Source: a virus
Strand: one strand, 5' to 3'
IMG/VR virus record: IMGVR_UViG_3300029825_000003
Coordinates: 1 to 64,000 of that record
Length of the DNA stretch: 64,000 nucleotides
The notes beneath the pieces are model-generated. The model was not told the origin of the DNA and did no database searches. It saw only the letters and a program-made list of their open reading frames with translations. A program made the translations under genes and the position numbers. Shown piece after piece: positions 57,909-64,000 of the stretch; positions within the stretch are counted from its first letter, which is position 1; each line of letters begins with the position of its first letter.

Positions 57909-58868
57909 TTATACCCCGGTGTCTCTTGCGATTGCATATGGTTCAATTGTGACAGGAGCATTATCATACCATAGCTGGATGATAGTCTCATGAGTTTCGT
58001 TATCGAAATACTTGTTAAAGTTGAAACCATAAGACAGGCTCTTACTCACTTTCTGCCCGTTCTGAATGGTAGTATATGACTCATTCATCACAGAGTACCT
58101 GGGAGAACTGTTGTAGAAAATGGTCATACCTGGGTTATTCTTGTCAAGTGCGATGATTGAGCCCTCGGAGATTCCTGAAAGAAGTCTATGAACAGTGACC
58201 CCTGCAACTGGAATATTAAGGAGATCCGCACGCCCAGATGGATTGCCGTAGAGGTTCTGCTGTTTCCATTCATTAATATCTATGCTGGTAAGATACTTCC
58301 TTAATTCCTTGTAATTAGTTTTGTGGATAAAAAGATCTGTAAGCCTGTATGGGTAGCCTTCCCGGATAAAACAGTCTTCAAGATCTTCGATGTCGGCAAT
58401 TGGCGTGGCGTTTGCGTTATCCCATGTGTAAGTTGGACCCCATGAAGTAGAGAGATCAGTCCCATTTGCATTTATTTCTGCAGATATCCTGTCGTTGTAG
58501 TCCTCAGCAATCCAGTAACCCGTTTTCCTGAAAGCTCTCTGAATTTCGTCCACTCCTTCAACATAATCAAGAGCGTCCTGGTCTATCTTGATAGCGAAAC
58601 CGCGTTTGTTAAGGTTAGCTGCTTTCTGGGTGAACTGTGAGATTTCCACATAGGTCCACTGACCAGATGTAGTCAGAAGTTTCGGTTTTTCTTTTTTGGC
58701 GTCGCCAGAATCGCTCGTGGATTCCTGTTTGTAGGCAACTACTGGAGCAGTGGACTTAACCTGCGGGAATATGTCAGTCCATGCAAGCAGTGGGTTCATA
58801 ATTTCGTACATTTTTGGAATGATGAACCGCTTAGTAAGAAATTCTTCATTAGGTGCTGATACGCTCAT
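57909..58868 (-). CDS. Major capsid protein (HK97 fold)
   Basis: 319 aa; after protease/scaffold and cement; G-+-I..+...E+..A+.K.G..IA...N; AAGGAGG RBS. Confidence 0.85.
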   Translation of the reverse strand: MSVSAPNEEFLTKRFIIPKMYEIMNPLLAWTDIFPQVKSTAPVVAYKQESTSDSGDAKKEKPKLLTTSGQWTYVEISQFTQKAANLNKRGFAIKIDQDALDYVEGVDEIQRAFRKTGYWIAEDYNDRISAEINANGTDLSTSWGPTYTWDNANATPIADIEDLEDCFIREGYPYRLTDLFIHKTNYKELRKYLTSIDINEWKQQNLYGNPSGRADLLNIPVAGVTVHRLLSGISEGSIIALDKNNPGMTIFYNSSPRYSVMNESYTTIQNGQKVSKSLSYGFNFNKYFDNETHETIIQLWYDNAPVTIEPYAIARDTGV

Positions 58869-58880
58869 CTTGATACCTCC

Positions 58881-59480
58881 TTAAGTCGTCACCGTTCCAA
58901 ACCCTTTGAAAGCAATCAGAAGCGAGTATTCACCAGACGCTGCCTTAGCTACTGCATGAAGTGGAATCATATCAGAAGATCCTTCACTTGCAACATCGAC
59001 AACTACTAGACCGTGAGCGGCTGTACTTTCGCTTGCGTCGATGTCGAGTTTTCCAGTAGTGCCTGGAGTGATGGCGGCTGCATTTGCGCATTTTATGGTT
59101 GCCTTGAATATTGACATCGGGAACACTTCAACTGTCGCAATTCTATAGTATTTACCTGTGAGCATATCAGCCCAAGTTGTCTGATTTGCTGATGGTTGTC
59201 TCACCCATTTTGGTTCGTCGTGTATACGCCCTAGACAGAAGTCTTTACCATTTGAGAGGGCAGTAACTACTGGAAGCCCATCAGTCGCGTCGAAAGTGTT
59301 TCCTGTGTCATCGGAAAGTGCTACGAAATCGCCTTGGCAGATTTCAGTTGCTAGCGTGCATACTGTCTGTTTTCCAAAGGGTCCGTATGCTGAGGAATTG
59401 ACAGTAATATTGCCTTCTTTGAGAATTACTGGGATCTGTTTTACCTGCCCGTAATCTCCGCTAATTGTAGAAGTTGCCAT
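58881..59480 (-). CDS. Capsid cement/decoration protein (start MATST)
   Basis: Between scaffold and MCP; beta-rich; GGAG RBS. Confidence 0.7.
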   Translation of the reverse strand: MATSTISGDYGQVKQIPVILKEGNITVNSSAYGPFGKQTVCTLATEICQGDFVALSDDTGNTFDATDGLPVVTALSNGKDFCLGRIHDEPKWVRQPSANQTTWADMLTGKYYRIATVEVFPMSIFKATIKCANAAAITPGTTGKLDIDASESTAAHGLVVVDVASEGSSDMIPLHAVAKAASGEYSLLIAFKGFGTVTT

Positions 59481-59482
59481 GT

Positions 59483-60502
59483 TCAATCCCTCCCGAGCAT
59501 CGCGTTCCATCTGGAGTTCATGGACTCGTATGATTCACCATTATCGGTATTCTGTGATTGTGAACTGCCTACACCCTTCGAGGCAGAAACTTTCATGATT
59601 GCAGTAATACTCTTAATTTGCTCAATAGTCGGATTCGTAGAAAGATAGGATTCGACAGCATCCTTACTCATTACTGAGTTAAGTTCTGTGACTGCTCCTT
59701 CTCTTTCTGCTTTACTCTTGAGATCAGCTTCCCAGGTTGCTCTTGCTTGAGAAACGGCAATTTCAACCCTCTTAGACTCGCCTGATTCAAGTTCTGTGTA
59801 TTTTGTTTTCCAGGACGCAAGTTCATCACCTAGATTCTTGTTATCTGTTTCAAGAGTCTTTAACTGACTCCTGATCTCATCCTTTTCAGAGACGACTTTT
59901 TCATACGTCTCCATACTTATGACGGCCCCGCCGCCTCCGTTGTTGTTTGTCATGATATTATCCTCATTAGTAGGATATTTTGATTGTAAAATGGCAGCCA
60001 ATTCAGGACGAATCCCTACGCCCATTTCAGGCGAAGCTGCCGGATTATAAGGAGATGTAACAACAGTTACGCCTGTGCCGTAGCCCTTGATAACATCGTA
60101 AGAATTTTTGCGGAATTCAATCGGGATACATTCTTGAGAAAGTCCCATGTAGTCGTCTGAATAAATGAGAGCAGATAACCACTCAGGAATTCCAGAAAAA
60201 GAGCAAATCACTAATTTCTTTTTAGCATCATATTCAATATCATGGATAGTAGCCCGTACCCAATCGTGGTTATTTTCATGATTGATAGAGACAAGCCCGC
60301 CTTCCCATGTTTTGTAATCGCGGGAAAGAAATTCTTCTGTAAGAGTGGCTTCGTCTCCCCACAATGAATAGGCATGTTGACCAGCGCAGGCTATAGCCAT
60401 GCGGAGGTCGCCATTGTCTAATTTTTCAGGAGTGAAAGAACGCAGAGGTTCTGTAATATAATGAGAAGGAGGAGGGTTAGACCCCTCAGTAAGTGACGCC
60501 AT
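59483..60502 (-). CDS. Prohead protease / scaffold fusion
   Basis: N-terminal W.G..V.INH...GLS.E protease-like domain, C-terminal coiled coil. Confidence 0.72.
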   Translation of the reverse strand: MASLTEGSNPPPSHYITEPLRSFTPEKLDNGDLRMAIACAGQHAYSLWGDEATLTEEFLSRDYKTWEGGLVSINHENNHDWVRATIHDIEYDAKKKLVICSFSGIPEWLSALIYSDDYMGLSQECIPIEFRKNSYDVIKGYGTGVTVVTSPYNPAASPEMGVGIRPELAAILQSKYPTNEDNIMTNNNGGGGAVISMETYEKVVSEKDEIRSQLKTLETDNKNLGDELASWKTKYTELESGESKRVEIAVSQARATWEADLKSKAEREGAVTELNSVMSKDAVESYLSTNPTIEQIKSITAIMKVSASKGVGSSQSQNTDNGESYESMNSRWNAMLGRD

Positions 60503-60673
60503 GATTGAAAAGAAGTTAAAAAGATATAATAAGGAAAATTAAAAAATAGATAAAAATTAAATTTAGTGAGTAGTAAAGAATTACTTGACAACTTGATTAT
60601 TATTCACGCCTTTTTTAAAATTCGTTTATCGCGTAAAAAAAGAAAGTTAATGTAATTGCTCAGACCACTTGGA

Positions 60674-61015
60674 TTAAAACGAATCTGTGACCAAATGAGA
60701 AGCCACTGGAACTACTCCACCAAGAACCCAACTTCCAAAGAAATAATACTCCACTCCAAAGAGGATAATCCAAAAGAAAGGGTTATGCAGGGTTTTCCTA
60801 TGACCAAAAATCTTGTCGATTATCCATCCAAATATCCCTAGTCTCTTTGTAGCCCTAGAATGCGTATCACTGTCGGGGGTAAAATAATACGAATTCCAGA
60901 TCCACTTTGCAATGAATAGGAGAGCAAATAGTATATCCACATGATGATAGCCTAAAAAGAAGATTGCCGGGAAGAGGGCATATTTGTTAATGGCTTCGTG
61001 ATTTTTGCCGTTCAT
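60674..61015 (-). CDS. Membrane metal-binding protein (DUF2227 / YdjM-like)
   Basis: GKNH...PDSDTHS...GHR..LHNP...H. Confidence 0.75.
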   Translation of the reverse strand: MNGKNHEAINKYALFPAIFFLGYHHVDILFALLFIAKWIWNSYYFTPDSDTHSRATKRLGIFGWIIDKIFGHRKTLHNPFFWIILFGVEYYFFGSWVLGGVVPVASHLVTDSF

Positions 61016-61371
61016 TCTTCCTCTGGAATAAACGGAGCAACCGCATAAAATGAATCATCGACTTCCGCAAGTAAGAAACCATCCCAACAAACAAAAAAGA
61101 ATCTGGCTTCTCCCTGTTCTTTTATATAGTCAATCAGATGCTTCTGATAATGTGCATCAATGCGGCATTTATTGACCATATGGATTCCTTGATATTCGTC
61201 TCCTTTGTAATGTAGGATTTCTTCTTTTGAGTCTACAACTTCATGGATATGTTTATCTAAACGTTGAAATTGAGCTAAAACGTTTTTAGGGAATTTCCAG
61301 AAGTTATCTGATTTCATTATGATGTCGTTTTCGTCTTTGAATAAACCGTCTCTGATTTCTTTTAGTTCCAT
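61012..61371 (-). CDS. Hypothetical protein
   Basis: ORF, GGAG RBS. Confidence 0.6.
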   Translation of the reverse strand: MELKEIRDGLFKDENDIIMKSDNFWKFPKNVLAQFQRLDKHIHEVVDSKEEILHYKGDEYQGIHMVNKCRIDAHYQKHLIDYIKEQGEARFFFVCWDGFLLAEVDDSFYAVAPFIPEEE

Positions 61372-61397
61372 AGTTACTCCCTAATTTATTATCTCCT

Positions 61398-61784
61398 TTA
61401 TTCCTCACAACACATACAAATCGGTTTTCCATATACATCTTTTGAATATTCTATCTGAATATCAGGAGTTACAGGCTTTCCACATTTAGAACAGCAGGTG
61501 GGTTTCGAGAGACACCATGTAAAAATACCTATGATAGAATCCTTGTTCACAAAATCGCTGAAATCCAGAATTTCCCTGTAGAATACCTCTCCTGAGTCTG
61601 ATTCTTTAATCCCAATGAATGTCGGAAATGGATAATTTGTTTCAAATAATCGTTCTATTTGAGAATATTCTTTTTCAGTTAAGATCCTCACGGTATTGTT
61701 TTTGATTCCACTTTTCTCTTTTAGAAAGAAAGTAGGAATTGATTTGAATGTTATTATATTATTTTCGATTTCCAATTGTTTCAC
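61398..61784 (-). CDS. ASCH/PUA-like domain + zinc finger
   Basis: FKS.P.FF.KEKSGIKNNTVR; CSKCG...C. Confidence 0.6.
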   Translation of the reverse strand: MKQLEIENNIITFKSIPTFFLKEKSGIKNNTVRILTEKEYSQIERLFETNYPFPTFIGIKESDSGEVFYREILDFSDFVNKDSIIGIFTWCLSKPTCCSKCGKPVTPDIQIEYSKDVYGKPICMCCEE

Positions 61785-62036
61785 CCCATAACATTTATAT
61801 ATTTTTAACTCCTTTTATAAGTCACCTTTCCATTCTGTTTTTTTGCGGTGACTTTCTGGCAACTCTTTTCTCACACAAGAGGGTTGCCGTTTTTGGGAAA
61901 TTACTTATCCTGCTCCTTCGGACAATTCTTTTCTCTGCAAGCTTTCCACTTATTCTTTTTGTGGATGCACTGGCCGATCAATGCGTTAAAATGTTTGCAG
62001 GTGGAATTGTAAGCTTCATCTGTCATTTATACCACC

Positions 62037-62546
62037 TTACAGTTCACAAGAATATCCATCATAGCTATCATAGTCACCGTTATATCCTATAAATTTAAAA
62101 TCATCATCAGGAAGGGATTTCAATTCCTTTAACAGTTCCCCATATATCATATCTGCGATTTCTTCACATTTCTCTGATATCTCAGTAGTCTCAAAATTCC
62201 CATCTTGATTCCTTAAATACTGCATTATTTCTACACGTTTTTTAAAATCTCCCTGTTCAGGATGGAGTTTATCAACGTCTTCTGCAACATCAATCGCATA
62301 TTCTTCTTCATCATTCCAAGTGTCTAATATGAAACACTTGTTACATTGATATCCACATTCAATTGCCTCGATTATACTATATAAATGCCCGAAACAATGG
62401 CACCCTAGATGTTTACCACAATCTTTGCAATCAAACTTATGTCTGAACACATTCTCTATTGTATCCCAGTATATTTTTTCATCTGAGATGTCTATTTTTT
62501 CGTTGTCTTCATTGTAGTAAAATTCTAGTTTCTTAAGCATGTTCAA
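62037..62546 (-). CDS. Acidic zinc-finger protein
   Basis: CKDCG...CHC...C.KC. Confidence 0.6.
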   Translation of the reverse strand: MNMLKKLEFYYNEDNEKIDISDEKIYWDTIENVFRHKFDCKDCGKHLGCHCFGHLYSIIEAIECGYQCNKCFILDTWNDEEEYAIDVAEDVDKLHPEQGDFKKRVEIMQYLRNQDGNFETTEISEKCEEIADMIYGELLKELKSLPDDDFKFIGYNGDYDSYDGYSCEL

Positions 62547-62722
62547 ATCTCCTTCTGGAATTTAAATTTCTGACCACAAGACCAACAACTTCCATAATGC
62601 CCATCCATCTCACTTAATAAATGTTGACTGTATTCGCTTGTCGCATTGCATGTTGGGCATATTACATATTTTGAGGTAAGATTTATTATCACGAAAGTGT
62701 CTGTAAGGAAACTATCTGACAT
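62543..62722 (-). CDS. Zinc-ribbon microprotein (start MSDSF within track ORF 62543..62800)
   Basis: CPTCN...CWSCG. Confidence 0.55.
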   Translation of the reverse strand: MSDSFLTDTFVIINLTSKYVICPTCNATSEYSQHLLSEMDGHYGSCWSCGQKFKFQKEI

Positions 62723-62872
62723 TGTTTTATTCCCCCCATTTAATCCCATTCCGCGACTGCGAGAGAAACGATCCCTGCACCCATGCAGACATAATTCCAA
62801 GCAAGTAATCCGTAGATTAAAGATACAATGCTTGCAGAGTAGAATATGAGTTTAGTTTTTGGTTTCATTGGT

Positions 62873-63031
62873 TTAGTCCTCCTTCAACGTTCCATAATAT
62901 TTAGCAAGCTTCCCACCGTGGAAACATATTGATTCTTCGTCATTTCCTATTGCAATTTCACAATCTTTACATTCAATTTTATCACATGCTTTTCTGGATA
63001 ATGGAATTATGGTGACTCTTACGTCTGACAT
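62873..63031 (-). CDS. Cys-rich microprotein (start MSDVR within track ORF 62873..63073)
   Basis: C..IECKDC...ICF; GGAGTG upstream. Confidence 0.5.
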   Translation of the reverse strand: MSDVRVTIIPLSRKACDKIECKDCEIAIGNDEESICFHGGKLAKYYGTLKED

Positions 63032-63039
63032 TGTTTTAT

Positions 63040-63237
63040 TCACTCCATGCTCTTTATTTTCTCCTGAATACATTCATCAAGAGAATGATATCCATAAACC
63101 CTAGCGCTCTCTTCGTTGTAAATTATTACATTCTGCAATTCACCATCTTTTATTATATCGAGAGTAGCATGGTCTTTGTAGACAACGAGAGTTTTTAGTG
63201 TGTTTCCTTCTTGTTTTGTATATGTTTGAGAGTTCAT
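63040..63237 (-). CDS. Hypothetical protein
   Basis: ORF. Confidence 0.55.
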   Translation of the reverse strand: MNSQTYTKQEGNTLKTLVVYKDHATLDIIKDGELQNVIIYNEESARVYGYHSLDECIQEKIKSME

Positions 63238-63251
63238 GGTTTAGTTCTCAA

Positions 63252-63578
63252 TTAACACAAATCCAACCAACTATCATCAACTTTCTCAATGTTACTAGGA
63301 GGTGTCTTGTAGATCTCTCCGTCAGGTAGTTCAATTTCTACAGCCGGAACACATTCTCCATTGTAGTGAAATTCAGAGAATCCTTTTATTATTCCCTGCT
63401 GAACGGGTAAAGTGATATACCAAGGATAGTTAGTCCTTACGAGATCACCTGTTTTAAAGAGAATATTTCCATATTGGAGTTCACCTTTATTCTTAGGAGG
63501 CTCTATCACAAGTAGCCGCCCTCCGTGTTTTTTTACAATTTCTTCATAGTTTGTATCATCGTCACGCATTATTATCAT
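63252..63578 (-). CDS. SH3/KOW-like hypothetical protein
   Basis: FKTGDLVR...G.I.G...EIE..DG.+.......IEKV. Confidence 0.6.
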   Translation of the reverse strand: MIIMRDDDTNYEEIVKKHGGRLLVIEPPKNKGELQYGNILFKTGDLVRTNYPWYITLPVQQGIIKGFSEFHYNGECVPAVEIELPDGEIYKTPPSNIEKVDDSWLDLC

Positions 63579-63581
63579 GGT

Positions 63582-63776
63582 TTAGTCCTCCTTCACATAC
63601 AGTTTCTTACAGTTTTCTTTCTTACAGTTCTCATCGTCAAATTTGTATGAGCATATATCGCATAGATACACTGCCTTAAAATCTGTGCATCCTATGATCT
63701 TGAATGTTGCAAGCGCTCCTTTTTTTGTGAGGATATCTATCCCCTTTTGGATCATCTTTTCATCTATTGTTGACAT
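63582..63776 (-). CDS. Cys-rich microprotein
   Basis: CDIC...C...C; GGAG RBS. Confidence 0.55.
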   Translation of the reverse strand: MSTIDEKMIQKGIDILTKKGALATFKIIGCTDFKAVYLCDICSYKFDDENCKKENCKKLYVKED

Positions 63777-64000
63777 GTTTTATTTCTCCTGTTAATCTCG
63801 CTTAATTCCAATATAATTCTCCAATGTTTTCCTGAATTCTGAAATCTCTTTTATAAGCATACTCTTCTCGCATTCCAACTTTTCTATTTTAACATACAGC
63901 TTCTCATTTTCAGAATAGAGTTTATCATTTTCTGCGAGGATGAGTCTTATAATAACATCATCCGCAGGGTTGCCAAATTGTTCTCCTCTTCTTCTGAGGT

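Larger units (their letters stand above)
62715..63595. repeat. Interleaved exact 18-bp gene-junction repeats: TCTGACATTGTTTTATTC (62715, 63024) and TGGTTTAGTCCTCCTTCA (62869, 63578; partial copy at 63237)
   Basis: Read directly. Confidence 0.85.
1..64000. mobile_element. Archaeal tailed virus / provirus (siphovirus-like Caudoviricetes), probable Methanosarcinaceae host; neither end visible
   Basis: TerL, portal, HK97-type capsid operon, tail tube, tape measure, MCM helicase; no sheath gene; no host core genes. Confidence 0.93.

Noticed and set aside
1-64000. CRISPR array or mini-array
   Set aside because: No series of 25-40 bp repeats with regular spacers was seen; the repeats found occur in 2-3 copies at gene junctions
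1-64000. Genome-wide stop-codon reassignment
   Set aside because: Core genes translate full length with the standard code; only one weak TAG-interrupted candidate was seen

Overview
The whole window looks like one archaeal head-tail (siphovirus-type, Caudoviricetes) virus or provirus, most likely from a Methanosarcina/Methanosarcinaceae host. The host call rests on an MCM helicase, an ERCC4 nuclease, an archaeal-type tRNA-Gln with A1:U72, and three paralogues resembling Methanosarcina disaggregatase beta-helix proteins. No host housekeeping genes, integrase, DNA polymerase or primase are recognisable. Layout: (1) 1-3.3 kb, minus strand: a membrane/secreted cluster resembling a pilin/conjugation locus, cut by the window edge. 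(2) 3.4-12.7 kb, plus strand: an array of small accessory genes containing a serine resolvase + HNH nuclease pair. (3) 12.7-29.3 kb, mostly minus strand: gpF-like head protein, portal, terminase, MCM/ERCC4 replication block and a tRNA / tRNA-like RNA cluster. (4) 29.3-33 kb: ribbon-helix-helix regulators with palindromic operators. (5) 33.1-35.8 kb: a candidate lysis cassette of two holin-like proteins, a stand-alone binding domain and a disaggregatase-like beta-helix. (6) 35.9-37.6 kb: a small plus-strand operon. (7) 37.6-60.5 kb: tail and head morphogenesis operon with a predicted -1 frameshift. (8) 60.7-64 kb: a second small-gene array with repeated gene junctions. The most interesting signals are the putative methanochondroitin-directed lysis/entry system, the conjugation-like genes plus resolvase on a tailed virus, and the tRNA-like RNA array. 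All family assignments come from motif recognition by eye; no database search was run.
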